Below are positions 21,342-32,456 of a DNA stretch of 64,000 bases, in pieces. Where the stretch lies: contig JAGPLX010000009.1 in the NCBI GenBank assembly GCA_018053185.1, positions 266-64,265 of the forward strand, given 5' to 3'. The notes below the pieces were generated by a model. The model made no database searches. It worked only from the letters and a program-made list of their open reading frames with translations, and was not told the DNA's origin. Positions within the stretch are counted from its first letter, which is position 1, and each line of letters opens with the position of its first letter. Position numbers and translations under genes: made by a program. The DNA comes from Syntrophobacteraceae bacterium. GTDB lineage: Bacteria > Desulfobacterota > Syntrophobacteria > Syntrophobacterales > Syntrophobacteraceae.

Positions 21342-21511
21342 AGGACCTACCCACTCTTGCGGACTGCGGTGGTGATGGAGTTCCGGAGGGACAAGCGAGG
21401 ACCTGATTTCACGTAGACCGGAAATCTTGTCCCCCGTCGCAGCAGGGGGTAAGAAAAGGGTCCGACGGTGCCGGATCGTCGCGATTTCCTGCTTCCAGGG
21501 GGAAAGCCGTC

Positions 21512-22501
21512 TTACTTACAGGCGGACTTGAATTTGCGGATCTCCTCGCAGAAAGCAGGGACGAACTGGAACAAATCCTCGACCACTCCATAATCCACCC
21601 TGCTGAAAATCGGCGCATCGGGATCCTTGTTCACCCCGACGATATACTTGGAAGAACTCATTCCGGCCAGGTGCTGAATGGCCCCGGAAATACCCACCGC
21701 AATATAGAGATTGGGACTCACCACCTTGCCCGTCTGGCCGACTTGGTCCGCATGGGGCCTCCAGCCGGCATCCACTGCGGCCCTGGACGCTCCCACGGCC
21801 GCTCCGAGGATGTCGGCCAGGTCTTGCAGCATGGCGTAATTCTCCGCACCTTTCATCCCTCGTCCGCCGGAGATCACAATCTCGGCTTCGCTAAGGTCGA
21901 CTTTCCCCGTGGAATCGAGATCCACGCTCCGGACCCTGGATCGGCACGGGGGGATGGGAATTTGCAGCTGTTCCACCTCCGCCTTCCCATGTTCCTCGGG
22001 GTCAAGGCAATCCATGACGTTGGGACGACACGAGATGAGAGGCAAGGCGCCGGGAACCCATTCACACCAGGCATGACACTTCCCCGCAAAAACGGGTCGC
22101 TTGGCTTTGATGGTTCCAGAGTCGGTGACAATCTGAATACAATCCTGGGCCAGCCCGGACTCCAACCGTCCGGCAAGACGGGCGCCCAGGTCCTTGCCGT
22201 CGGCGGAAGCCGGCAGAAGCACCGCGGAGGGGTTGCACCGGTGAACCACTTCGGCGACTAGGGCGGCATAGACTTCGGGAATGTAGTTCGCCAGGGAGGG
22301 ATCATCGAGCACATAGACCTTCTCGACCCCGTATTGACCCAGGTCCCCTGCCTTTTCCATCACCCCCGATCCCAAAGCCACGGCACAAAGGCTTACTCCC
22401 AGAGAATCCGCCAATCTGCGCCCTTCGCTGGCCACCTCGAAAGTCACCCGGCGAAAAGCTCCGCCCCGGAATTCGGCAACAACACAAACACATTCCGACA
22501 T
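21512..22501 (-). CDS. etfA: Electron transfer flavoprotein, alpha subunit
   Basis: The C-terminal FAD-binding signature is present (SGGRGMKGAENY...ASRAAVDAGW...QVGQTGKVVSPNLYIAVGISGAIQHLAGM). The probable start is ATG 22501 (MSECVCVVAEF). Confidence 0.85.
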   Translation of the reverse strand: MSECVCVVAEFRGGAFRRVTFEVASEGRRLADSLGVSLCAVALGSGVMEKAGDLGQYGVEKVYVLDDPSLANYIPEVYAALVAEVVHRCNPSAVLLPASADGKDLGARLAGRLESGLAQDCIQIVTDSGTIKAKRPVFAGKCHAWCEWVPGALPLISCRPNVMDCLDPEEHGKAEVEQLQIPIPPCRSRVRSVDLDSTGKVDLSEAEIVISGGRGMKGAENYAMLQDLADILGAAVGASRAAVDAGWRPHADQVGQTGKVVSPNLYIAVGISGAIQHLAGMSSSKYIVGVNKDPDAPIFSRVDYGVVEDLFQFVPAFCEEIRKFKSACK

Positions 22502-22521
22502 GGTTGCTCCTGTCTCGACGA

Positions 22522-23319
22522 TCAAATGACCTTGGCCTCTTCATGCAACAGGCGGACAAGTTCTCTTGCTTTTCCTACGGTATCGAGGTCCCCGTTGATG
22601 ATCCGTCCGGGCTTGCGCGCCGGCGGCATGTCGAGGGCGGTGATTCGGATCTTGGAGGCATTCGGGCCGCACTGGGACGGATCGATGCCCAGGTCGGACA
22701 ATGTCTTGAAGGTCAAAGGCTTCTTCTTGGCTTTCATAATGCCGGGCAGGGATGCGTACCGAGGATTCCACACGGCGTGAGAGCCGCCCAGGGCAACCAG
22801 TGCGGGAAGATCCGCATCGGCGACGACCTTTCCCCCTTCGATGGGACGATCGACGGTAACCTTCGAGCCGTCACAATCGATGGCAAGCGCCTGGGACCAA
22901 TGGGGCCATCCAAGGAGTTCCGCCACCCGGGGGCCCACCTGGGCCTCATCGTCGTCCACCGCCCGGGATCCGCAAAGGATGAGGTCCGGCTCGAGTTCCC
23001 CGGCGGCTGCGGCCAGGACCCTCGCCACCGCCTGACTGTCGCTTCCTTCCATGGCCGGATCGTCTATGAGAACTCCATCGTCCGCTCCCATGGCCAGAGC
23101 TGTTCGAACGGCATCCGCAACCCTCCGGGCTCCGATGCTCAATATGGTCACTTTCCCTCCGAGTTTCCCTTTCAAACGAAGGGCCGCTTCCACCGCAAAT
23201 TCGTCGTAAGGATTGATGATCCACTTGAGATCCTCGGTGACAACGGACTTGCCGTCATCCGCGATGCGAATCACCGATTCCGTATCCGGCGTCTGCTTGA
23301 GTAGCACCACAATGTTCAC
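22522..23319 (-). CDS. etfB: Electron transfer flavoprotein, beta subunit
   Basis: (M)NIVVLLKQTPDTES...INPYDEFAVEAALRLK. GTG 23319 lies 5 nt after GGAGGAG. The gene is directly upstream of etfA. Confidence 0.85.
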   Translation of the reverse strand: MNIVVLLKQTPDTESVIRIADDGKSVVTEDLKWIINPYDEFAVEAALRLKGKLGGKVTILSIGARRVADAVRTALAMGADDGVLIDDPAMEGSDSQAVARVLAAAAGELEPDLILCGSRAVDDDEAQVGPRVAELLGWPHWSQALAIDCDGSKVTVDRPIEGGKVVADADLPALVALGGSHAVWNPRYASLPGIMKAKKKPLTFKTLSDLGIDPSQCGPNASKIRITALDMPPARKPGRIINGDLDTVGKARELVRLLHEEAKVI

Positions 23320-23737
23320 GTTCACTCCTCCGCGTTCCCTCCATCCCACAATGAGACGGCACCCTCATCAAGCATGGGCCCCACACGAACAGCTTAATCG
23401 CCCAACCGGCCTTTTTATAGCAAACCATGGTTCGTCTGTATAGAACCAACGCCGACCTGGAGGCGGCATTTCCCGGGACAGTTTCATCCGGGTCGAACGG
23501 CATTCATTGGAGAAAGGGAAAGCGGAGAAAATTTTGGCGGCATCGGATGCGGCTTGAATACAGGGCTGGAAAATCCCGGGCCGGGGCGTGGTTCCCGCGC
23601 GATGGAACGACCCGGGGAAGGGGGGTATTCGGGGTATTCATCAAAAGGATAGGGACTGTCTCTTCCCGGCCAAAAGGCATTTGGTCGGCGAACTCCCGCG
23701 TGCATTCTTTACGATTGTCGCGGAAAAACCTTGGAAA

Positions 23738-24169
23738 TCATTCTTTGTCGTTATGGCAATTGGAACAATAGCCTTGAATGAGGATCTGATGCCTCAAGAC
23801 ATGAAAACCATGGTCCTCCGGCAGCGAGATCTTCTGGCTCGCGCCGGTGATTTCCAGGTCAATAATGTTCTGGCACTTCAAACACACCATGTGATGGTGC
23901 GAGTCCACGTTTGCGTCATAGCGCGCCACTTCCGTCACCGGACTCACTTTCTGCACCAGTCCGACTTCATGGAACCGCTCGAGAGTTTTGTAGACGGTGC
24001 CCAAAGAAATCATCGGGAACCGCTTTCTCACCTGTTGGTAAATCACTTCCGCGCTGGGATGGTCTTTATTGTCGTATAGAGCCTGGTAAATCGCAAGTCG
24101 CTGATAAGTCACCTGCAATCCGTGGCTGCGAAGCATGGCAATGAAATCCCTTTCGTTTTGCCCCTCCAT
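23738..24169 (-). CDS. Fur-family transcriptional regulator (PerR/Fur/Zur type)
   Basis: A winged-helix region (TYQRLAIYQALYDNKDHPSAEVIYQQV...ISLGTVYKTL), then HHHMVCLKC and a C-terminal CSNCH metal site. Confidence 0.8.
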   Translation of the reverse strand: MEGQNERDFIAMLRSHGLQVTYQRLAIYQALYDNKDHPSAEVIYQQVRKRFPMISLGTVYKTLERFHEVGLVQKVSPVTEVARYDANVDSHHHMVCLKCQNIIDLEITGASQKISLPEDHGFHVLRHQILIQGYCSNCHNDKE

Positions 24170-24280
24170 GGTTTCATCCCCTTTTCGACCGACTCGAGAG
24201 ATCCAAAGGCAACCATATCTGCACGATACTTCCTCTGCTACTCTTTTAGAATAGTTCTCAGGATAAGCACAAGCTTTTTT

Positions 24281-26197
24281 TTATAGTGAGGTTAGCACAT
24301 AATTTCCCGGCTTCTCCCTCCGAAGACTTTCCTCGACCGTCTTCCCGTATCGTTTGAGATAGACCAGAAGGATGGAAAGGGCTGCGGGGGTGATTCCGGA
24401 GATTCTCGATGCCTGCCCCAGGCTCCTCGGCCGAATCTCTTCGAGTTTGTGCCGAATTTCGTTGGACAGCCCCGGGATTCTTCCATAGGGGAAATCCTCC
24501 GGGACGGCGATCTGTTCGAACTGCCTGAACTTCTTTACCTCGGCCTCCTGCCGTCGCAGATATCCCTCGTACTTGCACTCCACCTCAACCTGTTGTTTCG
24601 CAGAATCAGAGAGCCTGATCGAAGGCGGTGAAAGGGCCTCGATGTCCTCATAACAAATCTCCGGCCGTTTGAGCAGTCGATCCAGACAAATGGATTCCCC
24701 CACGACCGGGGATCCTTTGGCCCGAAGAAAGGAATCCAGGGTGGAAGAAGGGGTCACGTAGGTCCCGGCCAACCTTCGGAGTTCCGCCAGGACAGCTTCC
24801 CGCCGCTCCATGGTTTCCCGGTATTCCGAGTGCGTCCGCAGGCCCAAACCATGACCTCGCTCGATGAGTCGAAGGTCCGCATTGTCTTCGCGCAGGAGCA
24901 GCCGGTATTCGGCCCGGGATGTGAAGATGCGGTAGGGTTCCTGGGTTCCCCTGGTCACCAGATCATCCACCATCACCGCCATGTAAGCCTCTGAACGATC
25001 CAACAGGAAGCAAGGCCGCTTTTGAACATTCAGAGCGGCGTTGATGCCTGCCCACAAACCCTGGGCTGCAGCTTCCTCGTACCCCGAGGTTCCATTGATC
25101 TGACCGGCCAAGTACAGGCCTCGAACCAGCTTGGTTTCCAGGGTCGGATGCAGCTGAGTCGGCTGCACGAAATCGTACTCGATGGCATAGGCCGGCCTCA
25201 TGATCTCGGCGTCCTCCAGGCCGGCGATGGAATGGATGATCTCGAGTTGAATCTCGTAAGGGAGAGAATTGCCCGTGCCGCTGGCGTAAATTTCCTCGGT
25301 TTCCAGCCCTTCTGGTTCGAGGATGATTTGATGAAACTCCTTGTGAGGGAATTTCATCACCTTGTCTTCCAGGGAAGGACAATACCGCGCGGACACCCCG
25401 CGGATGGTTCCGTTGTAGAGCGGAGACAGGTGAATGTGTCTTCGGACCAGTTCATGGGTCCTTTCCCGGGTTCTGCCGATATGACAGGATACCTGGGGCA
25501 AGGGTATCCTCGATGTGGACAGGGAAAAGGGACGAGGGGTCTCATCCCCTCCCTGCTTGGAGAAGCGACTGAGATCGATGCTCTCGCGCCGGATGCGCGC
25601 AGGAGTCCCCGTCTTCATTCGGCCGAGGGTAAAGCCCAAGGTCTGCAGCTGGTCCGCCAGGAGATTGGAGGGAAATTCACCGGCTCTGCCGGCGGGAATT
25701 TGCACCGTCCCGATGTGGACCAGCCCGTGCAAAAAGGTGCCGGTGGTCAGCACCCCCACTTCCCCGGGGAAGAATACCCCGAGCTGATCCACAACCCCCC
25801 TGAATCTGCCGCCCTCGACCACCAGAGAATCCACCAGTGCCTGCTTGATATCCAGGTTGGGCTGACGTTCCAGGGTAAATTTCATCAAGGTCCGGTACCG
25901 GACCTTGTCGTTTTGGGTTCGTGTTCCCCGGACGGCGGGGCCCTTTTTGGTATTCAGCCATCGAAACTGGATGGCGGTCTGGTCCGCCACTCGGGCCATC
26001 TCTCCGCCCAGGGCATCGATTTCTTTCACCAGATGACCCTTTCCAACTCCTCCGATGGAGGGAGAGCAAGGCATATGGGCGATAGTGTCGAGGGAAATGG
26101 AAAGAAGTAAAGTTCGACACCCGAGGCGAGCCGCGGCCAGGGCCGCCTCACATCCGGCGTGGCCGGCACCTACAACGATCACATCATATTTCTTCAT
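24281..26197 (-). CDS. mnmG: tRNA uridine-5-carboxymethylaminomethyl modification enzyme MnmG (GidA)
   Basis: [42 protein letters not shown] and a C-terminal GISPAA-type helix ([15 protein letters not shown]). The real start is ATG 26197. Confidence 0.93.
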   Translation of the reverse strand: MKKYDVIVVGAGHAGCEAALAAARLGCRTLLLSISLDTIAHMPCSPSIGGVGKGHLVKEIDALGGEMARVADQTAIQFRWLNTKKGPAVRGTRTQNDKVRYRTLMKFTLERQPNLDIKQALVDSLVVEGGRFRGVVDQLGVFFPGEVGVLTTGTFLHGLVHIGTVQIPAGRAGEFPSNLLADQLQTLGFTLGRMKTGTPARIRRESIDLSRFSKQGGDETPRPFSLSTSRIPLPQVSCHIGRTRERTHELVRRHIHLSPLYNGTIRGVSARYCPSLEDKVMKFPHKEFHQIILEPEGLETEEIYASGTGNSLPYEIQLEIIHSIAGLEDAEIMRPAYAIEYDFVQPTQLHPTLETKLVRGLYLAGQINGTSGYEEAAAQGLWAGINAALNVQKRPCFLLDRSEAYMAVMVDDLVTRGTQEPYRIFTSRAEYRLLLREDNADLRLIERGHGLGLRTHSEYRETMERREAVLAELRRLAGTYVTPSSTLDSFLRAKGSPVVGESICLDRLLKRPEICYEDIEALSPPSIRLSDSAKQQVEVECKYEGYLRRQEAEVKKFRQFEQIAVPEDFPYGRIPGLSNEIRHKLEEIRPRSLGQASRISGITPAALSILLVYLKRYGKTVEESLRREKPGNYVLTSL

Positions 26198-26471
26198 TAC
26201 CCTTAGGAACCTCACCCCTGAAAGCAACTTTTTTCGATCACTCCCGGGCTCATAAACCCGCAAACCATGACAGGCAACCCCAGGCGAGGATGTCGTCCTC
26301 GCTGGATCTGGCACCGGCTCCGTGATATTCTGCAGATCAGTCCATGAAATTCCGGTGGGAGAGCATTCCTCTATGGAGTCCCCAGGGGGACCCCGGGTTG
26401 TAGTCGCCTGAGAGCAAAGCAGGAACCACGCAGAGGGATGCGCGGATTTTTCCGGCGCACGGCAGGGACCG

Positions 26472-27386
26472 ATGAACAGACTTTATCGAGATTACAATTC
26501 CTATCTGCGAGATTTCTTCGGCTGCCGCGTGCGGAAGATCTCCCTGGATGCCGGCCTGACCTGCCCCAACCGCGACGGTACCCTCGGATACGGAGGCTGT
26601 GTCTACTGCAATGATCGCGGGTCCGGAACCGGGGCCGCTCGGTCTCATTCGAGCATTACCGAGCAGATCCAATCGGCGAAATCTTACCTTGCAACAAGGT
26701 ACAAGGCCAGGAAGTTTTTGGCATATTTCCAGTCCTTCAGCAACACCTATGCTCCCTTGACCCGATTGAAGGCACTTTACGAAGAGGCCCTGGCCGTGGA
26801 GGACGTGGTGGGGTTGACTATTGGAACTCGACCGGACTGTGTCCCCGACGAAGTATTGGATTGCCTCCAGGTCATCTCCACCAGGTCCCCGGTCTGGATG
26901 GAATACGGTCTCCAGTCGGCGAAGGATGCCACCCTGAGAGCCATCGGAAGGGGACACTCCGCCCGGGATTTCGTGGACGCTGTTTTGCGCACACACCAGC
27001 GGGGACTTCCCATATGTGCTCATGTGATTCTGGGACTGCCCGGAGAGACCCGCGAGGATATGATGGCCACATCAAGATTCCTTGCCTCCTTGCCCATCGA
27101 CGCCGTGAAAATCCATCTTCTTTATGTGGTCCGAGGGACGGTTTTGGAGGAATGGTACCGTCGGGGGACCTACTCCTGTCTCTCGAGGGATGAATACGTG
27201 TCCCTGGTGGGGGAATTTCTCCTGTACCTCCCTCCACATCTCATTATTCAACGGCTCACGGGAGACCCTCATCCGGATGAATTGGTGGCGCCCGCCTGGG
27301 CCATGGAAAAACAGCAGAATCTTCAAGCGATTCTGACTTATATGGAAGCAAAGGGATTTTACCAGGGAAAGTACTACCCGGGATAG
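26472..27386 (+). CDS. TIGR01212-family radical SAM protein
   Basis: [26 protein letters not shown] is the family-specific Cys cluster context. The length of about 300 aa fits. Confidence 0.8.
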   Translation: MNRLYRDYNSYLRDFFGCRVRKISLDAGLTCPNRDGTLGYGGCVYCNDRGSGTGAARSHSSITEQIQSAKSYLATRYKARKFLAYFQSFSNTYAPLTRLKALYEEALAVEDVVGLTIGTRPDCVPDEVLDCLQVISTRSPVWMEYGLQSAKDATLRAIGRGHSARDFVDAVLRTHQRGLPICAHVILGLPGETREDMMATSRFLASLPIDAVKIHLLYVVRGTVLEEWYRRGTYSCLSRDEYVSLVGEFLLYLPPHLIIQRLTGDPHPDELVAPAWAMEKQQNLQAILTYMEAKGFYQGKYYPG

Positions 27387-27555
27387 ACTCGGCGGTGTTG
27401 GAACCAGCCTGATGACGGGAAGATGCCCGTGAAAAGGGCCTGTGCCCGAGCGAGCCCTTGTTCCGGAAAATACTCGGCCTCGATCGAGGAAGGCACGCCA
27501 GGGTCGTGATCCCGGTCGCGGAGGGGGCCCGAAGGGGCTCGGTTCGGGTGTTGCG

Positions 27556-27584
27556 TTGACACGAGCCGAGAGGTCGGTTAAAAA
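27556..27584 (+). promoter_or_regulatory. Candidate sigma70 promoter upstream of the pseudopilin gene
   Basis: TTGACA (27556-27561), a 17-nt spacer, then TAAAAA (27579-27584), about 125 nt upstream of ATG 27709. Confidence 0.3.
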
Positions 27585-27708
27585 CTCTCGTGCAGAACCG
27601 CAGGGTATTCCAATCGAATGAAGAGAAGGCCGCGGATTCGGGCGCCGGGCTACCCATGAAGGTCCCGCATACATCCGAAACGGAAGGCTTTCTTTAGGGA
27701 GAGGAACC

Positions 27709-28164
27709 ATGGTGATTCAGTCGGAAAGAGCCGGAATGCGTCGACGGCGCCCCCAAAGGTTTTCTGCAGGTTTCACCCTCATCGAGCTGCTCATCGTCAT
27801 GATCATCCTGGGGCTCCTGGCAGCGTTGGTTGCTCCCAAAATGTTCCAGAAGGTGGGTAGCTCCAAGCAGAAGGCAGCCAAGGCACAGATCGCTCTCCTG
27901 GGGACCGCCCTGGATGCCTATCGCCTGGACGTAGGGCGATATCCGACCACGGAGGAGGGCTTGGAGGCTTTGAGAAGGAACCCGGGCCATGCCGGTTGGG
28001 ACGGACCCTATTTGCCCAAGGACGTTCCCCCGGACCCGTGGGGAAAGGCTTATCTCTATCGATCCCCGGGGGAACGGGGAGACTACGATTTGGCGTCTCT
28101 GGGAGCTGACGGGCAGGAGGGTGGAGAGGGCGAAAACGCCGACGTGACCAGTTGGGACAATTAG
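27709..28164 (+). CDS. gspG: GspG-like major pseudopilin (type II secretion / type IV pilin-like, N-terminal methylation site)
   Basis: The prepilin peptidase site is G|FTLIELLIVMIILGLLAAL. It is followed by the GspG core KAKAQIALLGTALDAYRLDVGRYPTTEEGLEAL...WGKAYLYRSPGERGDYDLASLGADGQEGG. Confidence 0.8.
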   Translation: MVIQSERAGMRRRRPQRFSAGFTLIELLIVMIILGLLAALVAPKMFQKVGSSKQKAAKAQIALLGTALDAYRLDVGRYPTTEEGLEALRRNPGHAGWDGPYLPKDVPPDPWGKAYLYRSPGERGDYDLASLGADGQEGGEGENADVTSWDN

Positions 28165-28571
28165 CGATCCCCGGAAAGGATGCTCCGTTCCCGGCTTGGG
28201 AAACGGGCAAGGGCACTTCCTGTATCCCGACATTCCGACCCATGAAGTTGTCCCATCTTGTGAAGACCAGGTTGGGGAACTCCTCGTCAACTGATGTTGG
28301 AAGCCGGGTTTTCCGAATGGCGGGGAAAGACCGCCTGGTGGAAGTCGGAGGGGAAGCCCGCCCTGGGTCCAGATCCCCGGGGGAACGTTTTTCGGGTCCG
28401 GGGGTCGTCCGTGACGGGCTCTTCAGTCTCCGGCGTACCACGGCTCGATGCCGAGCGGCTTCCGAGAGGCGTGGGTGTAACCGCCGGGTTTTTTTTGCGG
28501 GCCGATTGATTGACAGTTTTCGGGGAAAGTGATTGTATGAAAACTTCATGGTTGATGGAAGGAGGTTCTTG

Positions 28572-28660
28572 GCGAGAGTGGCGGAACCGGCAGACGCACT
28601 GGACTTAGGATCCAGCCCTGTTGACGCAGGATGGGGGTTCAATTCCCCCCTCTCGCACCA
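28572..28660 (+). tRNA. tRNA-Leu (anticodon TAG), long variable arm, CCA encoded
   Basis: Acceptor GCGAGAG/CTCTCGC, anticodon stem CTGGA/TCCAG with loop CTTAGGA, a long variable arm and the T-loop GGTTCAATTCC. Confidence 0.9.
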
Positions 28661-28729
28661 TCATTTTCTCGTATCAACCGGCCCGGGTTCCTGTGCCGCA
28701 TCCAACGAAGGAAAGGTTAAGAAGTGGGC

Positions 28730-30043
28730 ATGAACGTCAATGTCGTGGATCTGAGTTCACATCAGAAGAAGCTCCAGGTTCAAGTTCCGCCCGAGGAAGT
28801 TCGGCAAGAACTGGAGAAGAAGTACCGCCAGATCGCCAAGAATGTGCGCATTCGCGGATTTCGGCCCGGCCGGGTCCCTCGAAGCATCCTCAAATCCTAC
28901 TACGGAAAAACCGTCGAAAAGGAAGTCTCTTCCGAATTCATTCAGAACACTTTTCCTCAAGCCCTCCGGGATGCCAATCTGCAGCCCCTCATCGAGGCCG
29001 ATGTGGATGACATGCAATTCGCCGAGGACGGCAGCTTCACCTACTCGGCCGTCGTGGACGTATGCCCCGCTTTCCGGGTGGACGGTCACAGAGGTATCGA
29101 GATCTATCGTCCTCCCGTCCAGGTAACCCAGGAACAGCTGGATACCGAAATGGAGAGACTCCGTCAGCAGCATACCCAGATTCGAACCCTGGAGGTCGAC
29201 CGGCCCATTCGAGAGGGAGACATCGTGCTGGTGGATTTCACCCCCTGGGTGGACGGCAAGATTTTCAAGAAAGGTGAAACCAGGGACTACATGATGGAGG
29301 TCGGCAAGAACGCTCTTCATCCGGACTTCGACCGTCACCTGATCGACCGTTGGCCCGGCGAATCGTTCTCCTTTGAACTGGACTACCCCGAAGATGCCCC
29401 CACCAGGGAAATCGCGGGCAAGCGAGTTCAGTTCGACATAATCGTGCGTGAGCTCAAGGAAAAGGTCCTTCCGGATTTGAACGATGAATTTGCCCGGGAG
29501 ACCGGTTCCTTTGATACCCTGGATGCACTCCGGGAAGAAATCCGCAGGCAGATCGAGAATCGCGAGGAGGAGAAGAGCAGGTCCGAGGTCCGAAAGCAGA
29601 TCGTGGATCGCCTGCTTCAGTCCGTGGAGTTCGATCTTTCTCCCAGGGTCATAGAACGAGAGGTGGATCACCTTGTTCGCATGCTCCGGCACCAGTTCGA
29701 AACCCAGGGACTCAAGATCGACACCGGAAAATTCGACACCCCGGAGATTCGAGCGAGCTACCGACCCCAGGCGGTACAAAACGTGCGCTGGCGTTTGATC
29801 TGTGAACAGATCGCCCGGCAGGAGGGTCTCGAACTTACCGACCAGGAAATGGGGGAGATCTATGCAGAGGTGGCTCGAGTGATGCGGGTCGACGTCGAAA
29901 CCATGAGGAATGAATACACGGACAGCGCCATCGTGGCACAAGCCAGGGAAGTCAAAATCCAGGACAAGGTTTTCCAATGGATTGAATCCGAGGCGGTGTT
30001 CCTGGAACAACCCCAGGAAGCCCAAGGTCCTGCCCAGGAGTAG
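28730..30043 (+). CDS. tig: Trigger factor
   Basis: The ribosome-binding motif GFRPGRVP is present (IRGFRPGRVPRSILKSYYG). There is a PPIase-like middle domain, and the gene lies upstream of clpP-clpX. Confidence 0.9.
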   Translation: MNVNVVDLSSHQKKLQVQVPPEEVRQELEKKYRQIAKNVRIRGFRPGRVPRSILKSYYGKTVEKEVSSEFIQNTFPQALRDANLQPLIEADVDDMQFAEDGSFTYSAVVDVCPAFRVDGHRGIEIYRPPVQVTQEQLDTEMERLRQQHTQIRTLEVDRPIREGDIVLVDFTPWVDGKIFKKGETRDYMMEVGKNALHPDFDRHLIDRWPGESFSFELDYPEDAPTREIAGKRVQFDIIVRELKEKVLPDLNDEFARETGSFDTLDALREEIRRQIENREEEKSRSEVRKQIVDRLLQSVEFDLSPRVIEREVDHLVRMLRHQFETQGLKIDTGKFDTPEIRASYRPQAVQNVRWRLICEQIARQEGLELTDQEMGEIYAEVARVMRVDVETMRNEYTDSAIVAQAREVKIQDKVFQWIESEAVFLEQPQEAQGPAQE

Positions 30044-30046
30044 CCC

Positions 30047-30646
30047 ATGTCTCTCATACCAATTGTCATCGAGCAGAGCAGTCGAGGAGAAAGAGCGTTC
30101 GACATCTATTCACGACTGCTTCGAGATCGCATCATTTTCCTGGGCACGGCCATCAACGATGAGGTGGCCAACCTCATCATTGCCCAGATGCTTTTTCTTG
30201 AATCCGAAGACCCGGACAAAGACATCCATTTCTATATCAATTCTCCTGGAGGCATGGTCACTTCAGGCCTGGCGATCTACGATACCATGCGCTACATCAA
30301 ACCGGATGTTTCCACCTTGTGCATGGGCCAAGCCGCGAGCATGGCCGCCGTTTTGCTCGCAGCGGGAATGAAAGGGAAGCGATTTGCCCTGCCCCATGTT
30401 CGCATCATGCTTCACCAACCCATGGGGGGGTTCCAGGGACAGGCCACGGACGTGGAAATCCAGGCTCGGGAAATCCTGCGACTTCGGGAGGAGATCAACC
30501 AGATTCTGGTGAATCACACGGGCAGGCCCGTCGATCAGATCGAAAGGGATACAGACCGCGATTTCTATATGTCGGGGGTTCAGGCCAGGGAATACGGCAT
30601 GGTGGACGAGGTAATCCTCGGCAGGAAGACGGCAGCAAAATTGTAA
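30047..30646 (+). CDS. clpP: ATP-dependent Clp protease proteolytic subunit
   Basis: [19 protein letters not shown], catalytic context [11 protein letters not shown], and HQPMGG. Confidence 0.95.
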   Translation: MSLIPIVIEQSSRGERAFDIYSRLLRDRIIFLGTAINDEVANLIIAQMLFLESEDPDKDIHFYINSPGGMVTSGLAIYDTMRYIKPDVSTLCMGQAASMAAVLLAAGMKGKRFALPHVRIMLHQPMGGFQGQATDVEIQAREILRLREEINQILVNHTGRPVDQIERDTDRDFYMSGVQAREYGMVDEVILGRKTAAKL

Positions 30647-31082
30647 GTATGTTTGTTCTTTCCCCTCTCAGAAGGTGCCCGATGCCGCGCCCTTCTGAGG
30701 GGCCCCTCCGCGCCCCGGTCGAGGGTCCCCTCCGGAGCGAATGGGACCGATCTCACGGGTGCTGCTTCTCTTTTTTCCATTCCCTCCCCGCGAAATCCCT
30801 CATTCCTCCCGTCTCCTGATCCGATTTCCTGTGCAGGAGCCTCTGGACAAAGAAAGAAATTGACCTTTTCTTGCCCAAAGGTTACCTGTGAACGTGTAGG
30901 GTGGCTGTGGGCGCCAATCTAGATTTCGAGGTGGCGAGAATTCTCCGGCGACGTTATAATGAGGCATGCGATCGAGAAATTCAACGAGAAAGTCTGCGCC
31001 CATCACTCCGAAGATTCCGCACCGAAACGAGGAAGTTTCTGAGCGGTGGATTTTTCATGCAAGGTGGCCAAGGAGGATTTTC

Positions 31083-32336
31083 ATGGCTAGGAAGCGAGAT
31101 GACCGAGGCGGAGAGCTCAGGTGCTCATTCTGCGGGAAAAGCCAGGACGAAGTCAAAAAACTGATTGCTGGTCCTACTGTCTACATTTGTGACGAATGCG
31201 TGGAGCTCTGCAACGACATCATTGCCGAAGAATACGAACGGGAAGAGGCCGCTAAAGCCACCCAGATCCCGAAGCCCGTGGAAATCAAGGGCATCCTGGA
31301 TCAGTATGTCATCGGCCAGGATCGGGCAAAAAAGATCCTTTCCGTTGCTGTCCACAATCACTACAAGCGCATCGAGCTCAAGCTCGACAAAAACGACGTG
31401 GAGCTGCAAAAAAGCAACATCCTCATGATCGGACCCACGGGATCCGGAAAGACCCTCCTTGCCCAGACTCTGGCGAGGATCCTCAATGTTCCTTTCACCA
31501 TCGCGGATGCCACCACACTCACCGAAGCCGGGTACGTGGGAGAAGATGTCGAGAATATTCTTGTCAGTCTCATTCAGGCGGCGGACTACGATATCGAGAA
31601 GGCATCCCGCGGCATTGTCTATATCGATGAGATTGACAAGATCGCCAAGAAATCGGACAGCCCTTCCATCACCCGGGATGTTTCCGGGGAAGGAGTCCAA
31701 CAGGCGCTTTTGAAGATTCTCGAGGGTACCGTGGCCAATGTACCGCCCAAAGGTGGAAGGAAGCATCCGCAGCAGGAGTTCATCAAGATCGATACCACCA
31801 ATATTCTTTTCATCTGTGGAGGGGCGTTCAACTATCTCGAGTCCATCATTCAGTCGCGGGTGGGAGTCAAGGGGCTCGGGTTCGGCGCGGAAATCCGCAG
31901 CAAGGAAGACCGCAACATCGGTGAAGTTCTTATGCAGGTGCAGCCCGAGGACCTCATCAAATTCGGCATGATCCCGGAATTTGTGGGGCGCATGCCGGTC
32001 ATTGCCACCTTGAATGAACTCATCGAGGATGAACTGGTAAGAATCCTGACGGAACCCAAGAATGCACTGGTGAAGCAATACAAAAAGCTGTTCGAGCTCG
32101 AGGATGTCCGCCTTCGATTCACGGACGGGTCCCTCCGAACCATTGCCAAGGAGGCCTTGAGGAGAAAATCCGGGGCCAGGGGACTTCGATCCATCATGGA
32201 AAACGTCATGCTCGACATCATGTACGATCTCCCTTCCCACCCGGAAATCCAGGAGTGCATTATCGGGGAAGACGTCATCCTCAAGCAGGAAACCCCGCTG
32301 CTGCTGTATCGAGGCCAGAGCCAGGAGTCCGCATGA
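31083..32336 (+). CDS. clpX: ATP-dependent Clp protease ATP-binding subunit ClpX
   Basis: Zinc finger [30 protein letters not shown], Walker [12 protein letters not shown] and [12 protein letters not shown] 31083 follows AGGAGG. Confidence 0.95.
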   Translation: MARKRDDRGGELRCSFCGKSQDEVKKLIAGPTVYICDECVELCNDIIAEEYEREEAAKATQIPKPVEIKGILDQYVIGQDRAKKILSVAVHNHYKRIELKLDKNDVELQKSNILMIGPTGSGKTLLAQTLARILNVPFTIADATTLTEAGYVGEDVENILVSLIQAADYDIEKASRGIVYIDEIDKIAKKSDSPSITRDVSGEGVQQALLKILEGTVANVPPKGGRKHPQQEFIKIDTTNILFICGGAFNYLESIIQSRVGVKGLGFGAEIRSKEDRNIGEVLMQVQPEDLIKFGMIPEFVGRMPVIATLNELIEDELVRILTEPKNALVKQYKKLFELEDVRLRFTDGSLRTIAKEALRRKSGARGLRSIMENVMLDIMYDLPSHPEIQECIIGEDVILKQETPLLLYRGQSQESA

Positions 32337-32456
32337 GGGGATCGGTCCTTTCTGAAACTCCGGTCGTGGATCCCCTTGTCGCTCGTGGTGGGGTCGGGAT
32401 TTCAGACGGCTGTTTCATAGGAGATATGAAATTTCAATGAAAAAGAGTGCGATGTT

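Noticed and set aside
27387-27708. A c-di-GMP (GEMM-type) riboswitch or sigma-54 promoter upstream of the pseudopilin gene.
   Set aside because: I compared by eye with the recalled GEMM-I core (GGGACGCAAAGCC) and with the TGGCAC-N5-TTGC consensus and found neither. Only a sigma70-like candidate remains.
27803-28642. A 279-aa minus-strand ORF.
   Set aside because: It overlaps the gspG-like gene and tRNA-Leu on the opposite strand. It is Pro/Arg/Ser-rich with no SD.
28757-30025. A 422-aa minus-strand ORF.
   Set aside because: It is antisense to trigger factor and has no motifs.
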